Shown one piece after another: positions 18,429 to 27,319 of a DNA stretch of 64,000 nucleotides. A program made the position numbers and the translations under genes. Position 1 is the stretch's first letter. The number at the start of each line of letters is the position of its first letter. The stretch is from positions 1,674,503 through 1,738,502 of the forward strand of contig OZ220716.1 of assembly GCA_965116795.1 (NCBI GenBank), in the 5' to 3' direction. The notes below the pieces were generated by a model that was not told the origin of the DNA, ran no database searches, and saw only the letters and a program-made list of their open reading frames with translations. The DNA is from Gammaproteobacteria bacterium (GTDB lineage: Bacteria > Pseudomonadota > Gammaproteobacteria > JAJFKG01).

Positions 18429-21026
18429 ATGGCTGCAAGTAATGGCCACAAAGAGGTAGTTGAGTTTTTGCTACAGCGTGGTGCCAACATTGAAGCAAGA
18501 ACTGAAAGAGGCGTTACCCCTTTATATATAGCTGTAAAGGATAGCCAAAAAGAGATAGTTGAGTTATTGCTACAGCATGGTGCCAACATTGAGGCAAAAG
18601 AGGAAGACGGCTTTACCCCTTTACATATAGCTGCAAAGGATGGCCAAAAAGAGATAGTTGAGTTATTGCTACAGTGTGGTGCCAACATTGAGGCAAGAAG
18701 TGAAGGCGGCGTTACCCCTTTATATATAGCTGCAAAGAATGGCTACAAAGAGGTAGTTGAGTTTTTGCTACAGCGTGGTGCCAACATTGAGGTAAAAACT
18801 GAAGGCGACGATACTCTTTTCCATATAGCTGTACGGAATGGCTACGTGGAGATAGCTGATGCTTTACTAAACCAGTCTTTTCCATATGGGAAAAGTGTGA
18901 TATCAGCTGCAATTGAAGCAAAGCAACCTGTACTTTACTTTGCAGCACAAAACTGCAACGCGGGTGATTATAAAGAACAACTGGATTTTTTACTTGAAAA
19001 TGGCATGGTGAGTGATGGTCTGTACTTTAAGCGGCGAAGTGCAGTGTATTATGCTTTACAGCAATATCAGCCTGAAGACGATACACAAGTCTTGGAGACA
19101 TTATTCAGATATTGTCAGCATTTTCACCGAGTTGTTTTTAATTTACTTATTAAGAAAGGAAATCCTAGCTTAATAGAAGCTTTAATTAGGGGTCGTCGAG
19201 ATATTGCCAATAAGCCTATTTCATCATGGGTTTCACCTCTTCCTCAGCAGGAGAATGGTGTGAAATATGACAATACCACGTTACTCCAGTATTTAATTCA
19301 TACTGAGCTTGCGCTGCGCGCCATGGAGGACGATAGTCCTAGGCGCGTAGTCCGCGGAAGTCGAGGCTTGTCTTCGCGTACGGAGTTGCCGGAAAGCCAA
19401 CGCTCGCAGGCAAGCGAAGAAAGTGATGACAAGCTTTACTCGGCGTCGAGTCATTTGAGAGCCGATCTGCAGTGTGCGCAAGTACACGAAGGAATCGGTG
19501 ACGAGGACGGCCGCGGCAACTTGGCTGTCGCGTTGGCGAGTCCGATTTTGGGCATGGATGACCAAAATCTTTCACGAGGTAGCGACACAACTGCGGGTGG
19601 AAAGAATTTTGATGTCCTTTCCCCTTTAGTTAATTACGGGGCTCACATATTAGCCTGTGATCAACAGTTCTTAGTACAACTCATTCAAAACAAGAAAGCC
19701 ACTGAATATGCAAAATATTTTTTAGATCAGCTTGATGATGATCCATCTGCAGTCAGTCAGAGCTCTGGAGGAGCAGCAGAGAAAGTATATTCTAATCGGC
19801 AGGAATTTTTGGATAGAGAATTGCTTAACGCTGTTAAAGATAGAGATCTAGAATTGATTAACAGGCTACTTGACTTTAACGCTGATCCAAACTGTCTTAA
19901 TGATAAGGGATTGTCGCCTACTCAAATTGTCGCTGAAGGAGCAGCATGGCTTGACACATGCTACGAAGTATTGTTAGCGTTAGTTAAGAAGGGCGGAGAA
20001 TATAGAGATTCTTCTGAAGGCCTTTCTAGTGATGTTGAACAAGACGGTGCAAAAACGCTTTTTTTAAGAGGGGTAGAAACAATAAAAAGAAGGATTGTAA
20101 GACAAAGCAGGTATGCGAACTTTTCAATTAAAGATGAAGATGGTTGGCATCGCCCCGACGGGAGCCTTCTTTTATTTGGTTTAACAGTATTATCGGCAGC
20201 CGCAATATATGTTCTATTTCTCTATATGACTTCTAGAATCAAAAATTATCATCTTATTGATAGCTGTGCTGATGAGTATAGTGTGGGGGTTTATCATTAC
20301 GAGCCTAACAATTATACTAATCATAGTCAGTATGGTTATAGCGGGCTTTATTCGGATATTAATAGCTATGAGGATTGTGCAGAGGATTGGCTCATATTAA
20401 GGCTGCTAGCAACGCTTCCTCTAGCATTAGTGCCTGCTGGATTATGTATGATCGTTAGTACACTTATGACTTCTAGCTTAGCTGGACAACTTGGAAAACA
20501 AGTTAAAGAATTATCATATAATGCACTATCTAGTAGAGACAAAGAAACCATTGAAGATCTTGAGCGTAAAGCGGACAAACTAGAGGCAGCTGCTGCCCTT
20601 TTTTCCGGTTCTTTAACTAAAGCTGCTTCTAATGGCAGTAAAAGAAATGGTGAGGCAGCCTCTTTAGTTTCTCAAGGAGGAATGTTTTCTCATGGAAAAG
20701 ATGATTCACGAAGTGAAGAAGAAGTAGAATTTAGTACCGTGGCAGAGGACTTGAGAATTTCTGATGAGGAAGGCTCTTTAAGTAGTTCTCAAGGAATATT
20801 TTCTCAGTCTTCTGCTGAGAACTCTACTGGAAAAGTTGATTCACGAAGTGAAGAAGAAGCAGAATTTAGTATCGTGGTAGAGGACTTGAGAATTTCTGAT
20901 GAGGAAGGCTCTTTAAGTAGTTCTCAAGGAATATTTTCTCAGTCTTTTACTGAGACTGAAAAAGATGATTCACGAAGTGAAGAAGAATTTAGTATCGTGG
21001 TAGAGAGCCCGAGAGAGTTTTTCTAA
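18429..21026 (+). CDS. ankyrin-repeat protein, downstream reading frame (865 aa)
   Basis: Ankyrin repeats at N-terminus, further degenerate ankyrin units, two predicted TM helices, Ser/Glu-rich repeated tail. Confidence 0.75.
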   Translation: MAASNGHKEVVEFLLQRGANIEARTERGVTPLYIAVKDSQKEIVELLLQHGANIEAKEEDGFTPLHIAAKDGQKEIVELLLQCGANIEARSEGGVTPLYIAAKNGYKEVVEFLLQRGANIEVKTEGDDTLFHIAVRNGYVEIADALLNQSFPYGKSVISAAIEAKQPVLYFAAQNCNAGDYKEQLDFLLENGMVSDGLYFKRRSAVYYALQQYQPEDDTQVLETLFRYCQHFHRVVFNLLIKKGNPSLIEALIRGRRDIANKPISSWVSPLPQQENGVKYDNTTLLQYLIHTELALRAMEDDSPRRVVRGSRGLSSRTELPESQRSQASEESDDKLYSASSHLRADLQCAQVHEGIGDEDGRGNLAVALASPILGMDDQNLSRGSDTTAGGKNFDVLSPLVNYGAHILACDQQFLVQLIQNKKATEYAKYFLDQLDDDPSAVSQSSGGAAEKVYSNRQEFLDRELLNAVKDRDLELINRLLDFNADPNCLNDKGLSPTQIVAEGAAWLDTCYEVLLALVKKGGEYRDSSEGLSSDVEQDGAKTLFLRGVETIKRRIVRQSRYANFSIKDEDGWHRPDGSLLLFGLTVLSAAAIYVLFLYMTSRIKNYHLIDSCADEYSVGVYHYEPNNYTNHSQYGYSGLYSDINSYEDCAEDWLILRLLATLPLALVPAGLCMIVSTLMTSSLAGQLGKQVKELSYNALSSRDKETIEDLERKADKLEAAAALFSGSLTKAASNGSKRNGEAASLVSQGGMFSHGKDDSRSEEEVEFSTVAEDLRISDEEGSLSSSQGIFSQSSAENSTGKVDSRSEEEAEFSIVVEDLRISDEEGSLSSSQGIFSQSFTETEKDDSRSEEEFSIVVESPREFF
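19305..19580. repeat. GC-rich palindromic segment lying in frame within the ankyrin gene
   Basis: Abrupt GC increase; hairpins GCTTGTC/GACAAGC, CTTCGC/GCGAAG, GCCGAT/ATCGGT, GATTTTGG/CCAAAATC. Confidence 0.65.
20703..21005 (+). repeat. intragenic tandem duplication (units at 20703, 20838 and a partial one at 20967)
   Basis: Near-identical GATTCACGAAGTGAAGAAGAA... units encoding DSRSEEE.EFS.V.EDLRISDEEGSLSSSQGIFSQS. Confidence 0.92.
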
Positions 21027-21027
21027 C

Positions 21028-21153
21028 TATACTCTTCGCGTTTTAAATTTATGCTTTGTTGGCTGCACCTGTTCACAATAGTCATGTATTTTAATACACT
21101 CCTGTTGTTCACAGGTTTGCCGCCTCGCCTAAATTCAAAACGCTTTGAGTATA
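21028..21153 (+). repeat. MITE-like repeat family B (126 bp)
   Basis: TATACTC...GAGTATA termini; homologous to 47925 and 50808. Confidence 0.92.
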
Positions 21154-21424
21154 TGTTGGGCATACCCCAGAGCGCATTGCATCAAATAAAACCTAACTAG
21201 TTGGATATTATTGCATCAATGCTGCTCTTAAACAATCTTTGTCAATCAATAAAAGCAAGCATGGCAAATGACCTATCTATGATACAGAAGTTAAACAAGC
21301 ATTGACGACGCTTTGGTTGGCATCCAGTCGCATTTGTTCAAAAAGATTAGGGTCTGTTTACAATTCGTTGCAATGAACTGATATACTGAAATTGGTCAAA
21401 TTAACTTAAGAAAACCGTATTAAC

Positions 21425-21472
21425 ACTTCCTCCACATCCGTCATCCCTCAGGGCTTGATCGCGGGATCCAGA
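21425..21472 (+). repeat. repeat family D, degenerate single arm
   Basis: CCGTCATCCCTCAGGGCTTGATCGCGGGATCCAG. Confidence 0.7.
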
Positions 21473-21779
21473 GAACAACATTTAGCACTAGAAAAATAGG
21501 TAGTGTCTCATAAGAGTTGTTAGTGTAAACTTCTCTTTTGAAAATGATCAAAAGAAGCGAATATCGAAATGGTAAATGTGAAATTACTTGAACCTAAAAT
21601 CCGCACACGGATCAAACGATTGCCTAGGAGAAAATTTATTTTTCAAAGTTAGAGAAAATGCATAATATTGTCATTGGATTGCTTATCAATCGGCATGAAT
21701 TTGGAGTGGCTATATAATGTTTAACAACTCTTATGAGACACCGCCAAAATCATTAATGAAATCATTTCTTTTGTCTAAC

Positions 21780-21816
21780 TTTTTGTATAAGTTTATCCAC
21801 TCAGATCTTCATAGAA
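21780..21816 (+). repeat. 37-bp exact direct repeat of 13954-13990
   Basis: TTTTTGTATAAGTTTATCCACTCAGATCTTCATAGAA at both sites. Confidence 0.88.
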
Positions 21817-21827
21817 TAAAAGGATTT

Positions 21828-23000
21828 ATGATCATGTTTATTATTAAAACACTAAACCCAATTTCACCTGCTGGGTTAACCTTATTTGATAACACTCAGT
21901 ATCGTATAGACGATAATAGCGATACACCAGATGCGCTGCTGGTACGTTCTGCTAAATTGCATGATATGCCGATTCCGGATTCCGTTTATGTGATTGGACG
22001 TGCTGGAGCAGGCACAAATAATATCCCAGTTGATCAATTAACTAAGCGTGGGATCCCAGTATTAAACACACCAGGGGCGAATGCTAATGCAGTTAAGGAA
22101 TTGGTATTAGCTGGGATGTTGATGGCTTGCCGTAATGTATGTCAAGGTTGGGCATATGCGCATGCGTTAACTGGTGATAATAAACAATTGCATACACAAG
22201 TTGAACAAGGCAAAAAACAATTTGTTGGTTTTGAATTGCCGGGGAAAACATTGGGGGTTATTGGTTTAGGTGCAATTGGGGTAAAAGTAGCGAATGCAGC
22301 GTTAGCATTAGGAATGCGCGTCATTGGGTATGATCCGGCGATTACCGTGCAACGTGCTTGGGAGTTGTCATCACAAGTTACTCAAGCACACGATATGTCT
22401 GAATTATTGCAACATGCTGATTTTATCAGTGTGCATGTGCCGTTAAGTGCGCAAACTCAGCATTTAATCAGTACACAACAACTACAGGCAATGAAGAGCG
22501 GTACTGTGTTATTAAATTTCGCACGTGCGGATATCATTGATGATCAGGCAGTATTAGCAGCGTTAAATGCTAATCAGTTATATGCTTATGTATGTGATTT
22601 CCCAACTGATCCATTACGTCAACATTCGCGCGTTGTTACCTTACCTCATTTAGGTGCATCGACTAAAGAAGCTGAAGAAAATTGTGCACGGATGATCGTC
22701 AATCAAGTCAGCGATTTTCTGCAGCAGGGCAATCTAACTCATTCAGTAAATTTTCCTGATGTGATGTTACCACGAGCACAAAACACCCATCGTCTGTGTA
22801 TTGCTAATGCTAATATTCCCAATATGGTTGGGCAAATATCTACATTGCTTGGTAAAGCCGGATTAAACGTGATTGAGTTATTAAATAAATCGCGTGATCA
22901 GGTCGCATACACCATGTTAGATGTGGATGCACCGATTGCTGATGACTTAATTGCAAAGATTACGGCTATTGACGGTGTATTACGCGTACGTGTTGTGTGA
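21828..23000 (+). CDS. serA: D-3-phosphoglycerate dehydrogenase with ACT domain (start moved to ATG after AAGGA)
   Basis: RAGAGTNNI, NTPGANANAVKEL, GVIGLGAIG, NFAR, LPHLGAST.EAE, C-terminal ACT N.PNMVG. Confidence 0.93.
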   Translation: MIMFIIKTLNPISPAGLTLFDNTQYRIDDNSDTPDALLVRSAKLHDMPIPDSVYVIGRAGAGTNNIPVDQLTKRGIPVLNTPGANANAVKELVLAGMLMACRNVCQGWAYAHALTGDNKQLHTQVEQGKKQFVGFELPGKTLGVIGLGAIGVKVANAALALGMRVIGYDPAITVQRAWELSSQVTQAHDMSELLQHADFISVHVPLSAQTQHLISTQQLQAMKSGTVLLNFARADIIDDQAVLAALNANQLYAYVCDFPTDPLRQHSRVVTLPHLGASTKEAEENCARMIVNQVSDFLQQGNLTHSVNFPDVMLPRAQNTHRLCIANANIPNMVGQISTLLGKAGLNVIELLNKSRDQVAYTMLDVDAPIADDLIAKITAIDGVLRVRVV

Positions 23001-23011
23001 ATTAATTCTCA

Positions 23012-23055
23012 AGCCCTATTAAGGAAAACGCCATACTGCTTGTTTTCCGGAAAAA
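23012..23055 (+). repeat. repeat family C, short remnant
   Basis: CCCTATTAAGGAAAACGCCAT end motif. Confidence 0.55.
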
Positions 23056-23178
23056 TATTACGAAATTTTTTTACAAAATCAATTGCTTTAATGGTATACT
23101 CTCTGCGCAAACTGTAACTGCACTTGCTGGTAGGGTGCACATTATATTCCAGTCTAATGATGAATAAGGAAATACGTT

Positions 23179-23409
23179 ATGTTAGTACTTAAACGGAATT
23201 TGCATGAAAAATTCCATATTGGGAAAGATAAAGAAATCACGATTACTATTTGTGCCCTTAATCATTGTTCAGTTAGCATAGGCATTGATGCACCACTACA
23301 CATTCCTATCGTACGTGACAATGCGCAAAAAGGTGAGCGAGATCTTAGACAACATCGAACAAGTATCCATCCTATTAAGCATGGGTATGAGCACACATCG
23401 AATAGCTAG
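23179..23409 (+). CDS. csrA: CsrA/RsmA-family protein, divergent paralogue
   Basis: MLVL.R...E...IG, V.IGIDAP..I.I.R pattern; RBS AAGGA. Confidence 0.75.
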   Translation: MLVLKRNLHEKFHIGKDKEITITICALNHCSVSIGIDAPLHIPIVRDNAQKGERDLRQHRTSIHPIKHGYEHTSNS

Positions 23410-23420
23410 TATTTAAAGCG

Positions 23421-24197
23421 TTATTTTTTACATTTTTCTAGAAAGGCACGCATACCTTGCTGTCCTGCAGCAGATGTGCGCATGCTGGCGATGTTGTGTG
23501 CCGTTTTATCGGATAAGGCTTGATTAATCGGGTGTTGGCTAACATCAGCAATTAATTGTTTACAAGTACGCATTGCATCTGCACTATTTTGTAATAATTG
23601 TTTGCATAGAGACGTTGTACTTGCAGCTAATGTTGCATTGGGAACGGCTTCATGGACTAAGCCGATGACTTGTGCTTTGTTAGCGTTGATATTTTCTGCA
23701 GTGAGGAAAAACCGTCTAGCCTGTGTTTCGCCAATTTTCCGGATGACATAAGGACTAATGGTTGCCGGTGTTAACCCGATGCTAACTTCAGAAAAACGAA
23801 AGTTGGCATTGTCACTAGCAATGGCAATATCACAACAACTTACTAAACCAATACCACCACCAACACACGCACCTTGTACCATGGCAATGGTTGGTTGGGG
23901 TAAATGATATAATTTATAAAACAGTTGGCTTAACAGTTTTGCATCTTCAATATTTTGATCAAGGGTATAGTCAATACTTTCTTTCATCCAATTCAAGTCA
24001 GCACCCGCACAAAAGTGTGTACCTTGGGCACGCAATCTAACGACTTTAATCGTGTCACTATTTTCACAATCAGTTAGGTATTGGATAAGTGTCGAAATCA
24101 TTAGCGGGTTTAATGCATTATGTTTTTCAGGGCGCTGTAAAATAATATCAGACACACCATTGTCATGTTGTTTAAAAGCAACAGTATCAGTACTCAT
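23421..24197 (-). CDS. liuC: enoyl-CoA hydratase, methylglutaconyl-CoA hydratase type
   Basis: RPEKHNAL, FCAGADLNWM, GGGIGLV..CD, FSEV.IGL.PATISPYV; follows MCC beta subunit. Confidence 0.85.
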   Translation of the reverse strand: MSTDTVAFKQHDNGVSDIILQRPEKHNALNPLMISTLIQYLTDCENSDTIKVVRLRAQGTHFCAGADLNWMKESIDYTLDQNIEDAKLLSQLFYKLYHLPQPTIAMVQGACVGGGIGLVSCCDIAIASDNANFRFSEVSIGLTPATISPYVIRKIGETQARRFFLTAENINANKAQVIGLVHEAVPNATLAASTTSLCKQLLQNSADAMRTCKQLIADVSQHPINQALSDKTAHNIASMRTSAAGQQGMRAFLEKCKK

Positions 24198-24215
24198 AAA
24201 GTGTTACCTCAATTG

Positions 24216-25838
24216 TTACATGCGAAACACACCATAACGTGTTTTTCGTATTGGTGCATTTAAACTGGCAGAAATGGCTAATGATAATACCTTTCGCGTC
24301 TCTTTTGGATCGATGATACCATCATCCCATAAGCGTGCACTGGCATAATAGGGATCACTTTGTTGTTCATATTGTTCTAGAATGGGTTGCTTTAATTCAG
24401 CTTCTTGTTTATCTGACCATGGTTGCTTGCTCGCAGCTTTTTTATCGCGAGTGACTTGTGCCAATACGTTTGCTGCTTGTTCACCGCCCATTACCGCGAT
24501 ACGTGCATTAGGCCACATCCATAAAAAGCGTGGATTATAGGCACGACCACACATTGCATAATTACCGGCACCAAAGCTGCCACCGATGATGACAGTAAAC
24601 TTAGGGACTTGTGCACATGCAACTGCGGTTACCATTTTGGCACCGTGTTTGGCAATACCATTAGCTTCATAGTGACTGCCTACCATAAACCCAGTGATAT
24701 TCTGCAAAAAGATTAACGGGATCCCACGTTGATTGCACAGTTGTACAAAGTGCGTGCCTTTGAGTGCGGCATCAGAAAATAGAATGCCATTATTGGCAAT
24801 GATACCAATTGGATATCCATCTAAATGAGCAAATCCGCACACCAAGGTACGGCCGTACAATGCTTTGAATTCATCAAATTCAGAACCATCAACAAGACGT
24901 GAAATGACTTCGCGAACATCATAGGGTCTGCGTAAATCGGCTTCAACAATACCGTACAATTCATCTGCACTGTAACGAGGTGCTTCTGGCTGACGTCGCA
25001 CTAAGGTTTCGGTTTTTTGTCGATTTAAATGGGTGACAGCTTGTCTTGCTAATTGTAGGGCATGTTGTTCATCATTTGCGTAATAATCAGCAACTCCAGA
25101 GACTTTGCAATGTACATCTGCACCACCGAGTGCTTCGGCAGAAATCACTTCACCGGTAGCCGCTTTGACTAATGGCGGGCCTGCTAAAAAGATCGTGGCT
25201 TGGTTTTTTACCATAATGCTAACATCGGCCATCGCCGGAACATACGCGCCACCTGCCGTACATGACCCCATGACTACAGCAATTTGAGCAATACCGTTAG
25301 CAGATAACTGCGCTTGATTATAAAAGATGCGTCCAAAGTGATCATGATCAGGAAATACATCAGCTTGTTTGGGTAGGTAAGCACCACCAGAATCGACTAA
25401 GTAAATACACGGTAAGTGATTATCAGCAGCAATTTGCTGGGCACGCAAATGTTTTTTAACAGACAGTGGAAAGTACGTGCCACCTTTAACTGTGACATCA
25501 TTGATCACGATCATGCATTCTTGATCGGCAATGTGACCAATACCAGTGATAACCCCAGCAGCGGGTACGGTTTCATCATATACTTGATACGCTGCCAGCG
25601 GTGATAATTCTAGAAAGGGTGTATTGGGATCGAGTAATTGCTGTAATCGTTCACGTGCTAACAGTTTGCCACGTTGTTGTTGTTTATCACGGGCAGCTGC
25701 GTTACCACCTTCAGCAATCTGTTGAAGCGTCGTGTGCAACTTAGCAACCAGCTCAGTCATGTTATGCTGGTTTTGGATAAACACATCAGATTGTGGATTG
25801 ATTGATGAGGTCAGTATTGCCATCATGCACTCCATCAT
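24216..25838 (-). CDS. liuB: 3-methylcrotonyl-CoA carboxylase beta (carboxyltransferase) subunit
   Basis: [49 protein letters not shown]. Confidence 0.94.
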   Translation of the reverse strand: MMECMMAILTSSINPQSDVFIQNQHNMTELVAKLHTTLQQIAEGGNAAARDKQQQRGKLLARERLQQLLDPNTPFLELSPLAAYQVYDETVPAAGVITGIGHIADQECMIVINDVTVKGGTYFPLSVKKHLRAQQIAADNHLPCIYLVDSGGAYLPKQADVFPDHDHFGRIFYNQAQLSANGIAQIAVVMGSCTAGGAYVPAMADVSIMVKNQATIFLAGPPLVKAATGEVISAEALGGADVHCKVSGVADYYANDEQHALQLARQAVTHLNRQKTETLVRRQPEAPRYSADELYGIVEADLRRPYDVREVISRLVDGSEFDEFKALYGRTLVCGFAHLDGYPIGIIANNGILFSDAALKGTHFVQLCNQRGIPLIFLQNITGFMVGSHYEANGIAKHGAKMVTAVACAQVPKFTVIIGGSFGAGNYAMCGRAYNPRFLWMWPNARIAVMGGEQAANVLAQVTRDKKAASKQPWSDKQEAELKQPILEQYEQQSDPYYASARLWDDGIIDPKETRKVLSLAISASLNAPIRKTRYGVFRM

Positions 25839-25921
25839 ATTCGCCGTATTCTACTGTATTTCTTTAGGCGCTTAGGTTTAAAAGGCCATGAGTATATAAG
25901 AGGGTATGACTGTAGGCAATA

Positions 25922-26881
25922 TTATTGGCTGTTGCTGTTGGCTTTTTTGCTAGGAATTTTTGCATTTTCTAAGCCGATAATGGCTGCACGTCCCATACTA
26001 ACAATGGTTTCTTCAGTATAGGTTGCGATATCAGGGGTGACAATGACGTTACTCAGTGACGTGAGTTTTGTATCAAGGGCTTCACGTTCAGCGTTGACAT
26101 CAAATGCGCAGCCTGCGAGACGATTTTTATGTAATAATTCATATAATGCACGTTCATCAATAATGTCTCGGTGAGCGGTGTTAATGAGTAATGCATCTGG
26201 GCGTAATAATTCGAGGTGTTCTTTGTCAAGCAAGCCGCGTGTTTCGTCAGTCAATGGCAAATGAATACTAACAATATCAGAAGAACGTAATAGTTGTTTT
26301 AATTGCATTGGGTAAATACCGTGTGCAGTACAAAATGCAAAGTTATTTTCATGATCAAATGCAAGGATACGACAACCAAAATTGCGTAATAACAATGCGA
26401 CTTCTTGTCCACTATTACCAAATCCAATAATGCCTATAGTACGGTTTGATAATTGTTTGCCAAGTTGTTTTTGCTGAATGCCTTGTTTAGTTGTTTGGGT
26501 AGAAGGTGTGATATGGCGTAATAAATCTAACATGAGCCCAATGGTGAGTTCGGCAATGGCACGTTGGCTAAAGTGAGTTGTTATATATAAGCGAACTTTA
26601 TGATTACGTATTGCATTGACATCCAATGTGTTTGTATTGATGCCAAATTTTGCGATGGTTTTTAGTTCAGGTAGTTTTGATAGGGTGGATTCGGTGATTT
26701 CTTCATTGCCAACGATTACTTTTTTATAGCCAGCTAGAAACTTAGCCAGCTCAGTATCTGTTAGTGGCTTACTTGATTTGTTAAATTTAATATGTTGATA
26801 GCGCGATTCTAATTCATTACGCAAAATGGCATTCTGAAAAAATTCAGGGCACGTCACTGCAACAGGCTGGCGGTGTTTCAT
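25922..26881 (-). CDS. D-isomer 2-hydroxyacid dehydrogenase family protein (catalytic residues altered)
   Basis: GIIGFGNSG Rossmann motif, DIVSIHLPLTDET, LINTA, AFDV, IVTP. Confidence 0.85.
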   Translation of the reverse strand: MKHRQPVAVTCPEFFQNAILRNELESRYQHIKFNKSSKPLTDTELAKFLAGYKKVIVGNEEITESTLSKLPELKTIAKFGINTNTLDVNAIRNHKVRLYITTHFSQRAIAELTIGLMLDLLRHITPSTQTTKQGIQQKQLGKQLSNRTIGIIGFGNSGQEVALLLRNFGCRILAFDHENNFAFCTAHGIYPMQLKQLLRSSDIVSIHLPLTDETRGLLDKEHLELLRPDALLINTAHRDIIDERALYELLHKNRLAGCAFDVNAEREALDTKLTSLSNVIVTPDIATYTEETIVSMGRAAIIGLENAKIPSKKANSNSQ

Positions 26882-27187
26882 GCAGTCCTCCCCAGCATAT
26901 TGTGCGATAAATGTAATCTGTATTGATGTAGTTGTTTGTTGTGTTTCATATTGTGATGAATAACTATGTCAACTGTGATGACACAAATAGCAATTCCTAA
27001 GCCAATTATTTTTAGCTGTTAATACAGTCATTTATTTTGAGTGGCTCGTCATATTCGTATGTTTTAGCTGCGTTAGTTAAGATTATGAAGAGTGTATTAT
27101 TTGTCCAAATTCATAGTGTGCTGATAACGATTGAATAAAATTGTTATTGGTATGATTACTGAATAGTGGGTTAACGTGATCTATCCG

Positions 27188-27254
27188 CTGCGACCCTTTG
27201 ATTATGCGTGTGTGTTGCTGGCCTGTGATATACGATGTAATCAAAGGGTCGCAG
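27188..27254. repeat. 17-bp perfect inverted repeat hairpin
   Basis: CTGCGACCCTTTGATTA ... TAATCAAAGGGTCGCAG; family A and E end remnants nearby (27171, ~27285-27303). Confidence 0.8.
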
Positions 27255-27319
27255 ATAGCCTCTTCACCTTTGTCTAATATCCAATTGCGGATTTCAGGTT
27301 TAACCTAGATTTGCACTGA

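Larger units (their letters stand above)
17891..21026 (+). pseudogene. ankyrin-repeat protein (~1045 aa, effector-like) split by a +1 frameshift near 18275 into ORFs 17891-18292 and 18429-21026
   Basis: About 9 tandem 99-bp ankyrin units (GxTPLxxAAxxGxKEVVELLLQxGANIE); one unit reads ACAGCCATGG instead of ACAGCATGG; the two ORFs differ by exactly one frame; two hydrophobic segments and an acidic C-terminus. Confidence 0.8.

Noticed and set aside
17910-18870. Regular DNA repeats as a possible CRISPR array
   Set aside because: The 99-bp period equals 33-codon ankyrin units; there are no unique spacers and no cas genes.
17866-19590. Antisense ORFs over the ankyrin gene
   Set aside because: Shadow frames caused by repetitive coding sequence and the GC-rich insert.
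21717-21827. N-terminal extension of SerA in the ORF track
   Set aside because: It runs through the 37-bp repeat; the RBS and homology begin at 21828/21834.
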